A stretch of 64,000 bases of DNA from an uncultured Gammaproteobacteria bacterium (GCA_964446235.1 CAYUNW010000002.1:71609-135608), one strand, 5' to 3'. Counted from the first letter of the stretch, positions 47,265 to 57,034 are shown. The notes: generated from the sequence alone by a model not told the origin. Numbers and translations are program-made.

Positions 47265-48800
47265 TTATCCGATACGGCCATATTGTTCGTTAGCACCAGC
47301 TCCAGTTACTCTTTCAAACCAACCTTTCTCTCTCATTTCATAAATATTATGTGCACCAATATAACTTGCCCCGGAACGAACTCCAGCATCCAATCTTCTA
47401 AAAATTATTCCTACTGGGCCTTTAACAGGCACTTCTCTTTCTCGTCCTTCAGGAGCAGCTTGGGTTTGATCCAAATATCTTTCCTCGTATGGTCCAGCTG
47501 ATGATAATGTTTCCGCTATTGATGTAGCACGAGCTCTAGCAGCATCTGAAGCCATTCCTTCATATCTTTTGACTCTTTGATCTCCTCTCCTAATTACCTT
47601 GCCTGGAGTTTCATCAGTACCAGCAAACATACCGCCAAACATACCCGCATCTGCACCGCACACTAATGCCTTCACTAAATCTGCCGGTTCACGCATGCCA
47701 CCATCTGCAATAATAGCAATTCCCTGCGGATTAGCCACAGCTGCAACGCTTGCAACTGCTGATAATTGCGCTCTCCCTACTCCAGCAATTACTCTAGTGT
47801 CACAAGCCCAACCGGGTCCTATGCCTACTTTTAATCCTTTCGCTCCATGATCAATCAAAATCTTAGCTGCATCTTCAGTCGCAATATTCCCAGCAATAAT
47901 TGGTATATCAAATCCTTCTTTTACCAATCTATCAAGCATTCTCAACATATTTTCGCTGTCACCATGGGCTATATCAATAATGATAAAATCTGCTCCCGCT
48001 TCTGCTAATTTATGAGCTCTTTCTACTTCTGCTTCAATATCTTTGACTCCTATTGCGGCTCCTACTATTAACCTGCCTTTTGGATCTCTAGAAGCGTTTG
48101 GATATTTTTCAAATAACTCAGCATCTTTCCTGGTATACATTCCGACTATCTTCCCAGCATCATCCACAACCGGAACCTTCTCAACTTTTTTTGACTTCAT
48201 CACTATTTCAGCCTGCTCAAGAGTTGTTCCTTGCGGAACTGTAATTAATCTATCTCGTGGTGTCATAAAAGAGATTGCTTTGTCGGTTTCATTTAAAGCA
48301 GAATCAACGTCTTTTTTTGTAACTATTCCCAATATATTTCCTTCGATATTACTAACCAATACGTATCCTCTCTTATGTTGCTTCCATAATTGCCTGATAT
48401 CCCCTGCGGTTGCATCAGGATGTATTGTTAAAGGTATATCCTCCATCGCTCGAGTACGCTCTTTAACGATACGAACTTGTCTTGCCTGCTCATCAGCTGT
48501 CAAATATCTATGAATAACGCCAACTCCTCCCAGAGACGCCATTTCTTGCGCCATTTGCCATTCGGTTACAGTATCCATGTTTGCTGACATTATTGGAGAA
48601 TTGATAAATACATCTCCAGCAACATTAGCTCTTAAAATAATTTCTCTTGGATCTTTTCGTGATGTAATTTCAGAATGTCGGGGTTGAAGAAGCACATCAT
48701 CAAATGTCAAACCAATAGGCGGCATTGGGTCATACTGATGATCATGTAAATATTCCGCATGTATTTGATAAAAAGGGTTTGATGGAACCTCAATTTTCAT
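47265..48800 (-). CDS. guaB: IMP dehydrogenase (with CBS pair)
   Basis: 511 aa. GLTFDDVLLQP, SANMDTVTE and catalytic loop GIGPGWACDTRVIAGVG. A CBS pair is inserted. The N-terminus is ~25 aa longer than I would expect. Confidence 0.9.
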   Translation of the reverse strand: MKIEVPSNPFYQIHAEYLHDHQYDPMPPIGLTFDDVLLQPRHSEITSRKDPREIILRANVAGDVFINSPIMSANMDTVTEWQMAQEMASLGGVGVIHRYLTADEQARQVRIVKERTRAMEDIPLTIHPDATAGDIRQLWKQHKRGYVLVSNIEGNILGIVTKKDVDSALNETDKAISFMTPRDRLITVPQGTTLEQAEIVMKSKKVEKVPVVDDAGKIVGMYTRKDAELFEKYPNASRDPKGRLIVGAAIGVKDIEAEVERAHKLAEAGADFIIIDIAHGDSENMLRMLDRLVKEGFDIPIIAGNIATEDAAKILIDHGAKGLKVGIGPGWACDTRVIAGVGRAQLSAVASVAAVANPQGIAIIADGGMREPADLVKALVCGADAGMFGGMFAGTDETPGKVIRRGDQRVKRYEGMASDAARARATSIAETLSSAGPYEERYLDQTQAAPEGREREVPVKGPVGIIFRRLDAGVRSGASYIGAHNIYEMREKGWFERVTGAGANEQYGRIG

Positions 48801-48824
48801 AGGTATTTAATAGAAATATATTTT

Positions 48825-48853
48825 CTTATACACTTCGTAACTTAGCTTGTCAA
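48825..48853 (-). promoter_or_regulatory. Sigma70-type promoter for guaB
   Basis: Minus strand: TTGACA (48853-48848), 17 nt, TATAAG (48830-48825). It sits ~25 nt upstream of the guaB ATG. Confidence 0.55.
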
Positions 48854-48890
48854 GATGTGATAAATAAAAATCATTAAGAAAATTTTTATA

Positions 48891-50147
48891 CTACTGGATC
48901 CATCTTGATTGGATATACCCGGCAATATTTCCAGCAAAATATCTTATCAGTAGATTGTAAGCTTCGGCTCCGTCCAGATTATCCGGATTGAATATCCATA
49001 AACCATCAAGTCCCGAAAAAGCTCTTAAGCTAAGCTCATTTATGCCGGTTTTTTCAAATTCATCTAATTGTTCATCGGTTAAACTATATTCTTCTCTATT
49101 TAATCTAAGCTCCTGTACAATGGATCTTCCTCGAATTTTAGTATCAAGCAATGGCACGCCGTCCCACATACCACCGATAATCCAATGATCAGGATTGATA
49201 TAATGTGTTTGGGCAATCATTTGCATCTGAATAGCTGCTTTTTGCCGATCCCATTCACTGGTTGTTGGCTCAGCCCATTTCTCTGCCGCAAGTCCTATGA
49301 CAGCTTTTGCAAATGGAGGGTTTTTTATAGAAAATGGTGCGGAAATTATATCGACTTCCCATAATACTTCTGCCAAATCATGCCATACCTGTTGACTTTC
49401 AGACGGATCTAGCTCACCTCTTCTAGCCATTCTGATTTGTTCTTCAAATTTTTCCGGGTGTTCGTAAATATCATGCTTGACTCTAACACCTTTGACTTCT
49501 GATTTTTTCTTAAGTCTTGCCATAGCAAGTTGCTCTAATGTTACGCATGTGTCATAAATATCATCAGGAAAGACTACAATATTGTCAGGATTTGTTAGTT
49601 CTTTGGATAGTTCACCAATTTCAGCATGTCCGGTATCAGTACCCAAAGAACCGGATATATCTGCCGCAATCAAACGATCTGTAGGAACTTGCTGTTTTTC
49701 TAAAGCCCGGAAAATAGCCAATGAACCCCACATCGGTAAAGCCATTACGGTTTTTCTTCCTGATTTGGATTCCAATTTTGCTTGGCCTTCTAAAAGTGTA
49801 TGTATAAATTCATTTTGAACTCCTACCATTTGTTCTTTGGAGTGAAGTTTTACCAAAGCTCTAGTTTCTCCTTCTGATATAGAATCTGTTACAAAAGGAA
49901 ATCTATCAGCACTTCTGTTTATCAGATTATCTACTGTTCGTGTTAGACCATACAGATATCCTAATGTTTGCATATCAAAATTTTCAGAACCTCTTTTCAA
50001 AACTATACGGGTATGAAAGTCATCAAGAGTAACATCCAAACTAGCACCTTCCTTTTCTTGATAACTGTAGATTATCTCATCTTGAGGTAGTTGGCCGATT
50101 TCGGCTTCAAGACTAAATGGTCTTAATTCTTGCAAAGCTCCTGGCAT
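48891..50147 (-). CDS. Type I phosphoribosyltransferase (HPRT-like) core with large N- and C-terminal extensions
   Basis: 418 aa. The central region KTVMALPMWGSLAIFRAL...LIAADISGSLGTDTGHAEIG...NIVVFPDDIYDTCVTLEQL parallels the HPRT layout (vlkGs..F.adL ... vsSYg...G.v ... VliVEDIiDTG.TL). The flanking ~130 and ~200 aa are unrecognised. Confidence 0.5.
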   Translation of the reverse strand: MPGALQELRPFSLEAEIGQLPQDEIIYSYQEKEGASLDVTLDDFHTRIVLKRGSENFDMQTLGYLYGLTRTVDNLINRSADRFPFVTDSISEGETRALVKLHSKEQMVGVQNEFIHTLLEGQAKLESKSGRKTVMALPMWGSLAIFRALEKQQVPTDRLIAADISGSLGTDTGHAEIGELSKELTNPDNIVVFPDDIYDTCVTLEQLAMARLKKKSEVKGVRVKHDIYEHPEKFEEQIRMARRGELDPSESQQVWHDLAEVLWEVDIISAPFSIKNPPFAKAVIGLAAEKWAEPTTSEWDRQKAAIQMQMIAQTHYINPDHWIIGGMWDGVPLLDTKIRGRSIVQELRLNREEYSLTDEQLDEFEKTGINELSLRAFSGLDGLWIFNPDNLDGAEAYNLLIRYFAGNIAGYIQSRWIQ

Positions 50148-50296
50148 TTAGGATTAAAAAGATATAATACGTTTCTTTTACCCTATAGAATAAGTTCTTG
50201 TCAACGATAATTTTCTATAATTCTCTATATCAAAATAGGCCTATATATAAATTATTTGCAAATCTTCTGTTATTTTAAATATAATACTTATCAAAT

Positions 50297-51802
50297 ATGG
50301 CAGTAAATTTGGAAAAACTAACCGTTAAACTGCCTGCCCCACCCGATATCCCTCCAGCCGATAGACTACAACTCCTTTCCCCGATGGAATCAAGATATTT
50401 CACCGATTCTAAAGAGTTTTATCCTTTTTTATCGGAATTTGGGCTTATGAGAGCCAGAACCATGGTGGAGGTAGAATATTTAAAAGCCTTATCCGAAGAA
50501 GGTTTAATTCCTGCCTTAAATCGAGATGAAAGTGATTTCCTAGACGGCTTAGTGATTAATTTTACCCCGGAAGATGCTTCCCGAATAGATGAAATTGACG
50601 GTCAAATACACCATGATATCCTGGCTACGGTAAGCGTGATGAAAGAAAAAATGGTAGGCACACCTTACGAAAGACTAACAGAACTGATCCATCTCTGTCC
50701 TACATCTGAAGACATAGATAATATAGCTAAAAGAGTGATGTTTAATATTGCGCGAGATAGAATTCTCCATCCGGCTCAAAAAAAATTGGTCGATACAATT
50801 TTAACTCAAGCAGAAAAGTCCTCTAATGCCGTAATGCTTGGAGAAACACATGGCCAACCGGCAGGAGTAACAACTTACGGAAAAGAAATGTTGATTTTTG
50901 GAATAAGACTCAAGGATCAACTGCAAAAAGCCAGAGAAATAAAATTAAAAGGTAAATTTAACGGACTCATCGGAACTTACAGCGGATTCCAAGCGGCATT
51001 TCGAGATAAAGTCAGTCTGGAAACATGGGTAGAATTTACCAAAAAATTTGTCGGAAGTTTCGGACTAGATCCGATTCTTACCACCACACAAGGTAATCCT
51101 AATGACGATTTGGTAGAATTTTTGCAAAGTATTCAACTTTTTAACGAAATTAGCCATTCACTGGCTCAAGATGTCTGGTCTTATATCGATCAAGGAGAAT
51201 TGGTACAAAATGCTAGAGGAGCAGGATCATCTACTTCTGCTGCAAAGGTCAATCCCTGGAGAGGAGAACATAGCGAGACTATGTTTGAATTAGCAAACGG
51301 TCAAATAGATGTTTATGTCAGAAATTTACCTGAAACCAGACGACAGCGTGATTTATCGGATAAAACTATGATGAGATTTATCGGAGAATCACTAGCGATC
51401 TGCACTAACGGTTGGAGATATTTAGGTCAACAAATAGGCTCGACCGCACCAAACAGAGAAAAAATGATGGAAATGATCCTCCAAGATTACTCCTGGTTAT
51501 CCGAAGCAGTTCAACTGGTCTTAAGAGAAAGTGGCGTGCAAGGCGGATATGAACTTATCAAACAAAAAATGCAGGGAAGAACCTTTTCCAGAGAACAATT
51601 TGCAGAACTTATTGATCGCACTATTGTTGAATGTTTTTCAGTTCCACTCAGAGAAGATGGTCTGCATCTGAATGAAGCAGAATTATCAGAAGAACAACTT
51701 GCTACAATCACCAAACTACAATCACTATCCCCGCAACAATTCATAGACGATGCGCTTAAACTAACACAGATTTTGTTAAAGGAAGAAGGATTAGAAGAAT
51801 AA
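50297..51802 (+). CDS. purB: Adenylosuccinate lyase (E. coli-type PurB), variant signature loop
   Basis: 501 aa. LSPMESRYF..., the FSE-like region, and ETHGQPAGVTTYGKEM. The signature loop reads GSSTSAAKVNP where E. coli PurB has GSSTMPHKVNP. Confidence 0.8.
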   Translation: MAVNLEKLTVKLPAPPDIPPADRLQLLSPMESRYFTDSKEFYPFLSEFGLMRARTMVEVEYLKALSEEGLIPALNRDESDFLDGLVINFTPEDASRIDEIDGQIHHDILATVSVMKEKMVGTPYERLTELIHLCPTSEDIDNIAKRVMFNIARDRILHPAQKKLVDTILTQAEKSSNAVMLGETHGQPAGVTTYGKEMLIFGIRLKDQLQKAREIKLKGKFNGLIGTYSGFQAAFRDKVSLETWVEFTKKFVGSFGLDPILTTTQGNPNDDLVEFLQSIQLFNEISHSLAQDVWSYIDQGELVQNARGAGSSTSAAKVNPWRGEHSETMFELANGQIDVYVRNLPETRRQRDLSDKTMMRFIGESLAICTNGWRYLGQQIGSTAPNREKMMEMILQDYSWLSEAVQLVLRESGVQGGYELIKQKMQGRTFSREQFAELIDRTIVECFSVPLREDGLHLNEAELSEEQLATITKLQSLSPQQFIDDALKLTQILLKEEGLEE

Positions 51803-51903
51803 AATTGTTAAAATAGTATAAATCAAAGCATATCAATCTATAACAATTTGATTAAATTTGTTGACAAAAATAATGTTTATAGAGTATATGTTAAATTACT
51901 TTT

Positions 51904-53673
51904 ATGGGAATGCCATCACTTGTTGAACGAGCATATCCTGCCGATTACCAAATCCCGTTATTGTTGAAAGAACAGCAACGAAAACTTCTTCTTCATCCTG
52001 AAATCGGTTTAGAAGATGATTTTCGAAGAATCTATTTAAATAATGACTATTCTCTTGGTTGGCCACTAGGAGCAAGAAGAATTTTTGAAGAACTTGCATT
52101 AAACAATACAAATGCGATAATCGGCGTCCAAATCGGTGATGAAGGCAAAGGAAGAATAGTAGATAATCTCATTCAGGAACTTATCCCAAACGTTGAAAGA
52201 GTCTATGTAGTGCGTTTCAGCGGAGGAGCTAATGCCGGACACACGGTTGAAAAAGGTGATATTAAATTAGCTCTACATCAAGTGCCCTCGGGTGTCATGT
52301 CCGGTGAAACAATAGGTATAATTGATCGCGGTACTGCTATACATGCTGAAGATTTTGCCACGGAAATAGAATATGCAGAAAATATTACCGGTGAATCTCT
52401 CCGCGATAGACTATTCCTATCAAGAAATGCCTTATGTATAACAGATCTTGAAAGAGCTGAAGAAACCCTGATGAAATTTAAAAAAGGCAGAAAAGGAACA
52501 ACAGGAAGAGGTATCGGACCGGCCTATAAAAATGTTTATACTTACACTCCAATTGAAATGAGATATTTACTTGAAGATGATTGGGAAGAACGATTTGGCA
52601 AGCAATATGATCAATTAGCCTTAGAATTTTCGCTATTTCCCGATCCGGAAGATCCAAACGGTAATCCTAGAAATTTGGCTGATGTTTTTGTTCCTGATTA
52701 TGCCGAAACGGTAAAAAGTGGAAAAGCAGCAAAACGAACTGTCGGTGATAAGGGAACATATCTGGAAAGACTTCGAAAAACCAGAGAATGGCTTATAGAC
52801 AGAAATATCGTCCAAGATACACTGGTAATTCATAAGGAAGTTATTGAAAATATTGATAAATACGGAGTAGTTTTTGAAGGATCACAGGCTGTGGGATTAC
52901 ATCCCTGGCTTGGAACAAAAGATGATAATTCCGCCTCAGATACTAGTACATACGGAGTACTAGGTGGAACTGGGATCTGGAGGCCTGATGATATTGCCAA
53001 TCGTGTTGGAGTAATCAAAGCTACATACATGTCTGACGTTGGTTACCGAGTGATGCCTACAAAAGTGGATATTGGTGAGGTTAAAACCGTTACAGAATTA
53101 TATGAAAAATATACCAATCCTACTCCAGATCAAATTTGGGCTGCATGGGTACGGGAAAAATTTAAAGAATTCGGCACCACAACAGGTAGACCCAGACATA
53201 TCAACCATATAGATTTGTCGTTAATTTCTTATAACTGTTGGATGGGAGGAACAGAGGTCTTAGCATTCACCCATCTGGATACCGCCAGAGAAGATGAAAA
53301 TATAAAAGTATGCACTCATTATACGGATAGACAAGGAAATATTGTCACTTATAGACCGGGACTTGAGTATCAAAAAAATGTAATTCCCCACTACATTGAA
53401 TTACCCGGATGGGACGGAGAAGCAGTAGCAAGAGCAAAAACTTTCGATGAATTACCTGAAAATGCAAAAAAATATATGGCATTTTTACAAGCCAGATTAG
53501 GAATACCAATAGTTATAGCAACAACCGGTCCTAAGCGAGAAAACATGCTTGACATACCATCAGTCGAAAAGAATAAAATAATTTATGTAAATGATGAAAG
53601 CCCGGCAACTTTCAGCGCCTTAATGCGAGAACACCGATTAGCTGTAGAAAGCGGAAGACAACGAAGAAATTAA
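51904..53673 (+). CDS. purA: Adenylosuccinate synthetase, unusually long
   Basis: 589 aa. GVQIGDEGKGRIVD (P-loop GDEGKG), GANAGHTV, TTGRGIGPAY and TTTGRPR. N-terminal extension and internal insertions relative to the ~430-aa typical enzyme. Confidence 0.85.
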   Translation: MGMPSLVERAYPADYQIPLLLKEQQRKLLLHPEIGLEDDFRRIYLNNDYSLGWPLGARRIFEELALNNTNAIIGVQIGDEGKGRIVDNLIQELIPNVERVYVVRFSGGANAGHTVEKGDIKLALHQVPSGVMSGETIGIIDRGTAIHAEDFATEIEYAENITGESLRDRLFLSRNALCITDLERAEETLMKFKKGRKGTTGRGIGPAYKNVYTYTPIEMRYLLEDDWEERFGKQYDQLALEFSLFPDPEDPNGNPRNLADVFVPDYAETVKSGKAAKRTVGDKGTYLERLRKTREWLIDRNIVQDTLVIHKEVIENIDKYGVVFEGSQAVGLHPWLGTKDDNSASDTSTYGVLGGTGIWRPDDIANRVGVIKATYMSDVGYRVMPTKVDIGEVKTVTELYEKYTNPTPDQIWAAWVREKFKEFGTTTGRPRHINHIDLSLISYNCWMGGTEVLAFTHLDTAREDENIKVCTHYTDRQGNIVTYRPGLEYQKNVIPHYIELPGWDGEAVARAKTFDELPENAKKYMAFLQARLGIPIVIATTGPKRENMLDIPSVEKNKIIYVNDESPATFSALMREHRLAVESGRQRRN

Positions 53674-53675
53674 TA

Positions 53676-54605
53676 TTACCATCCACCAGAGGCACCACCC
53701 CCACCAGATCGACCACCGCCAAATCCGCCAAAACCTCCACCTCCGCTTCGGAAACCTCCACCACCCCAACTGCTTCTGCTGCTACCGGAAAACCCTCCCA
53801 AAGTATGGAAAAAATCAGTAGGTAATCCCTTTTTCTTCCTATCCGTATAATTTCTGGAAAGAATTGCATCCATAATCAAACCAAATATCCCACCAAAAAC
53901 CCCGATAAATAAACCGATTGCTATGGAACCAATTACCAATCCGACTATAATCCCCAATATGCCGCCAATTACTCCTCCTGGCCAGATTTCCTTGGTTCTA
54001 CCCAAAAAACTACCAACATACGTAAAGATCACCCAACCAAAAATCAGTAAAGGTCCAATCCAATCAGCGCTACCGGTTCCGGTATTTGCGGCTTCTCTCG
54101 GCGCAAGTTCCTTACCGGCAATATATTTTTGGATACTGGCTACAGCCAAACCGACACCTTTTTCGTAATCGTCCTGTTTGAAATATGGAGCCATATCGTT
54201 TCTGATGATTTCCCCTGCCCGGCCGTCTGTAATATACGGTTCTATACCGTATCCGACTTCAACTCTGATTTTTCTATCATCTTTGGAAACCAGTAAAAGC
54301 ACTCCATTATCTGCACCCTTTTTACCTATTCCCCATTTCTCAAATAACTCAACTGCATATGTTTCGATATCAATCCCTTCCAAAGATTTGACAGTAACTA
54401 CTGCAATTTCTGCTGATTGTTCTTTGGCAAAATTAGATAAGTTGGAGTCCAGTTCAGTCTTAAATTCAGGAGTAAAAAGTGACGCAAAATCATTGACATA
54501 TCCAACCGGCTGAGGATAATTGACAGCCTCAACCGGAATTACCAATAAACAATATCCAATGATCAATAAAAAAAACGAGAATAAATTACTTAATATTTTT
54601 CTCAT
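53676..54605 (-). CDS. TPM-domain (YgcG-like) membrane protein with Gly-rich C-terminal tail
   Basis: Signal peptide, then TPM-domain start YVNDFASLFTPEF...AVVTV. TM segments follow, and the tail ends GGGGFRSGGGGFGGFGGGRSGGGGASGGW. Confidence 0.8.
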   Translation of the reverse strand: MRKILSNLFSFFLLIIGYCLLVIPVEAVNYPQPVGYVNDFASLFTPEFKTELDSNLSNFAKEQSAEIAVVTVKSLEGIDIETYAVELFEKWGIGKKGADNGVLLLVSKDDRKIRVEVGYGIEPYITDGRAGEIIRNDMAPYFKQDDYEKGVGLAVASIQKYIAGKELAPREAANTGTGSADWIGPLLIFGWVIFTYVGSFLGRTKEIWPGGVIGGILGIIVGLVIGSIAIGLFIGVFGGIFGLIMDAILSRNYTDRKKKGLPTDFFHTLGGFSGSSRSSWGGGGFRSGGGGFGGFGGGRSGGGGASGGW

Positions 54606-54630
54606 CTAAAATTACCTACTTATAGGTATT

Positions 54631-54650
54631 TGTTAACTGTTGACTGTTAT
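54631..54650. repeat. Short heptamer array (TTGTTAA/CTGTTGA/CTGTTAT)
   Basis: TGTTAACTGTTGACTGTTAT, between the lemA start and the TPM gene start region. Confidence 0.6.
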
Positions 54651-54655
54651 TTTCT

Positions 54656-55210
54656 TTACAATTCCACTTTTGGTGCTTCTTCAGCTCCGCTGACGGACTT
54701 AAAAAACGGTTTTTCCTTAAATCCAAAAATAGAAGCTACAAAATTGGTAGGAATTCTCTTGATAGTGATATTATATGAGCCAGCCGCTTCATTGAACCTG
54801 ACTCTTTCTACATTTATCCTGTTTTCCGTTCCAGCCAGTTCATCCATAAGCTTGGCTACAGTTTCATTGGATTTCAAAGTCGGATAATTTTCCATTATGA
54901 CCAAAAGTCTTGATAAGGCACTGTCAAGATTTGTCGCAGAAGTCACTTTCTCATCCAATGTTTTTGCCCCGCCGTATTGAGTACGTGCCTGGGCAATAGT
55001 TTCAAATATTTCCTTTTCCTGCTCCATAAATCCCTTGGTAGATGCTACCAAATTGGGAATAAGATCATATCTTCTCTGATATTGTGTTTCCACTTGTGCC
55101 CATTGACCATCAACTGATGTACTTTTGGAAATCAATGAGTTGTATGTATTAAAAAAATACATTCCAATTACAAGTATTGCTACTGCTATACCTATGAGAA
55201 TTTTTTTCAT
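54656..55210 (-). CDS. lemA: LemA family protein
   Basis: 184 aa. N-terminal TM helix, YNSLI..., QYQRRYDLIPNLV and ENRINVERVRFN motifs. Paired with the TPM gene, as is common. Confidence 0.9.
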   Translation of the reverse strand: MKKILIGIAVAILVIGMYFFNTYNSLISKSTSVDGQWAQVETQYQRRYDLIPNLVASTKGFMEQEKEIFETIAQARTQYGGAKTLDEKVTSATNLDSALSRLLVIMENYPTLKSNETVAKLMDELAGTENRINVERVRFNEAAGSYNITIKRIPTNFVASIFGFKEKPFFKSVSGAEEAPKVEL

Positions 55211-55887
55211 GTGATCACCTCCTTGTCATCAGAATTTGGTTGTGGTTTTTTGTATTTTTGTTTGATAATAACGTCTACCTTATCCCAAATTTCCCGGGTT
55301 ACTTCGTCTACGGGCTTGGAACTATCAACTATGACGAACCTTTCTTTGTTTTTTTCGGCAAGTGACTTATAGCCGGCTGTCACTCTTTCATAAAAATCCC
55401 TCTGCTGCAGATCCAGCCTATCGATTTTTTCACTGATTTTGCGCCTGCCGAAACCTTCCTCCGCATTTACATCTAAAAGTACCGTCAAATTGGGAAACAC
55501 ATCATCCATTGCCAATTTATTGATATCCCATATCTGCTGTTCACCTAATCCCCTGCCAAATCCCTGATAAGCAATGGATGAATCTATAAATCTGTCACAA
55601 ATTACTATTTTGCCTTGTTTAAGCGCCGGTCTGATAATCTCACGAACCAGCTGACCCCTAGATGCGGCCATCAAATACATCTCGGCGACTGCCGTAAGTT
55701 CAACGTTTTCCGGATTATGGGTAATCATACGTATCTTCTCTCCAATTGTAGTACCACCGGGTTCACGGGTAACCACGATATCATAGCCTTCTTCACGTAA
55801 CTGACTGGCCAGAAGACCGACGTGGACACTCTTGCCGGATCCCTCCACGCCTTCAAATGATATAAAAAATCCGTGAAAATTTGGCAT
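55207..55887 (-). CDS. tmk: dTMP (thymidylate) kinase
   Basis: FISFEGVEGSGKS P-loop and DRFIDSSIAYQG motif. Confidence 0.9.
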   Translation of the reverse strand: MPNFHGFFISFEGVEGSGKSVHVGLLASQLREEGYDIVVTREPGGTTIGEKIRMITHNPENVELTAVAEMYLMAASRGQLVREIIRPALKQGKIVICDRFIDSSIAYQGFGRGLGEQQIWDINKLAMDDVFPNLTVLLDVNAEEGFGRRKISEKIDRLDLQQRDFYERVTAGYKSLAEKNKERFVIVDSSKPVDEVTREIWDKVDVIIKQKYKKPQPNSDDKEVIT

Positions 55888-55889
55888 AA

Positions 55890-56390
55890 TTATCTCCTTT
55901 TTACGTTCCCAAGTTCATCTATGCATTCGGGCAGAAACAGCCTCGGGAACTTAAATTTTTGAATGTCCGCACATTTTGGCGGTAATTGCCCTATATATGC
56001 GATACTCCAACCTTTAGAATTTTTTAAGGCTAAATATTCGCCTTTTTTATCATTTTGCAGATTGATATACTCACCTTTGGCAAAAAGGCCGGTATTCTGC
56101 AAAATATCTACCTCAATATCATCATCCGATAAATCAAGTTTTTCCGCAAGTACTTCTTTGATATTTTCCAGAGTATAATCAACTGCTATAGTAACACTCG
56201 GTGTGGAAATTGGAATTGTAGCTGACTCACTTGAGGAAAATACAGCATTTGACTTAAGTTCGGGTATATCAGGCATGCTTTGATTGTAGTTTACCCTGTA
56301 AATTGAAGAAAAATAGATGAATACTCCAATAATAAATGATCCGATTATAATCGCTACGGGAATCTTATTTTTATCACTTACAATACCCAC
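55890..56390 (-). CDS. Membrane-anchored hypothetical protein
   Basis: 166 aa, GTG start, single N-terminal TM helix. Confidence 0.4.
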   Translation of the reverse strand: MGIVSDKNKIPVAIIIGSFIIGVFIYFSSIYRVNYNQSMPDIPELKSNAVFSSSESATIPISTPSVTIAVDYTLENIKEVLAEKLDLSDDDIEVDILQNTGLFAKGEYINLQNDKKGEYLALKNSKGWSIAYIGQLPPKCADIQKFKFPRLFLPECIDELGNVKRR

Positions 56391-56539
56391 AACTGATAAT
56401 TTACAATATTTTCAAGTTAGAAAAAAGGGCTTAATCCTCATATATGTCTTTAATAGCTTCTAACAAAATATATATCTTAATTTATTTAAAATATTTCTCG
56501 ATAATAAAGATAGAAAATTTAAAATCCACTAAAATATTT

Positions 56540-57034
56540 TTACTTGGGACTAGGATAAGTTGATTTTATCGTCGGAGACGGTTTTGTATTTGTTGTCGGT
56601 TTCAAAGTAATTTTCATAGTAGGTTTGGGGGTTGAAGTTAGTTTGAATGTTGGTTTAACAGTTAATTTGACTGTAGGTTTGATTGTTTGTGTCGGATATC
56701 TGGAAGGAGATCTGGTATTTGTAGGATAAAATGCTTTTGTCGTATATAATTTTGTCGGATATGGTGTTGACAGCATCGATTTTGGAGTAATTGTAAGTTT
56801 ATTGAAAATTTTTGCAAACGGAAGTTTAAAATTAAACCAAGCATAAGTTGAAGTTCCCAATGATTCCTTGCCATAGACGATAATCAATAACATCATAACC
56901 CCCAAAAAACCTAATAAAGCCATTTTGAAATTTGGAGTTTTTGATTTTGCTATCTTTGTCCTTTTATAGTTTTTTAGAGACTTTGACGTTTTGTGACTTT
57001 TTTTTACTATTTTGTGTTTTTTCGATTTTTTCAT
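56540..57034 (-). CDS. Membrane-anchored Pro/Thr/Lys-repeat protein
   Basis: 164 aa. Basic N-terminus, one TM helix, then repeats KPTVKLTVKPTFKLTSTPKPTMKITLKPT. Confidence 0.45.
   Translation of the reverse strand: MKKSKKHKIVKKSHKTSKSLKNYKRTKIAKSKTPNFKMALLGFLGVMMLLIIVYGKESLGTSTYAWFNFKLPFAKIFNKLTITPKSMLSTPYPTKLYTTKAFYPTNTRSPSRYPTQTIKPTVKLTVKPTFKLTSTPKPTMKITLKPTTNTKPSPTIKSTYPSPK

Noticed and set aside
48043-48513. 156-aa ORF antisense to guaB (and 47283-47850)
   Set aside because: Shadow ORFs within IMPDH, with no motifs.
53612-53869. 85-aa ORF overlapping the Gly-rich tail of the TPM protein and the purA 3' end
   Set aside because: It is an alternative frame on the same (minus) strand as the TPM gene, running through the GGN-repeat region. 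The repeat composition explains the open frame.
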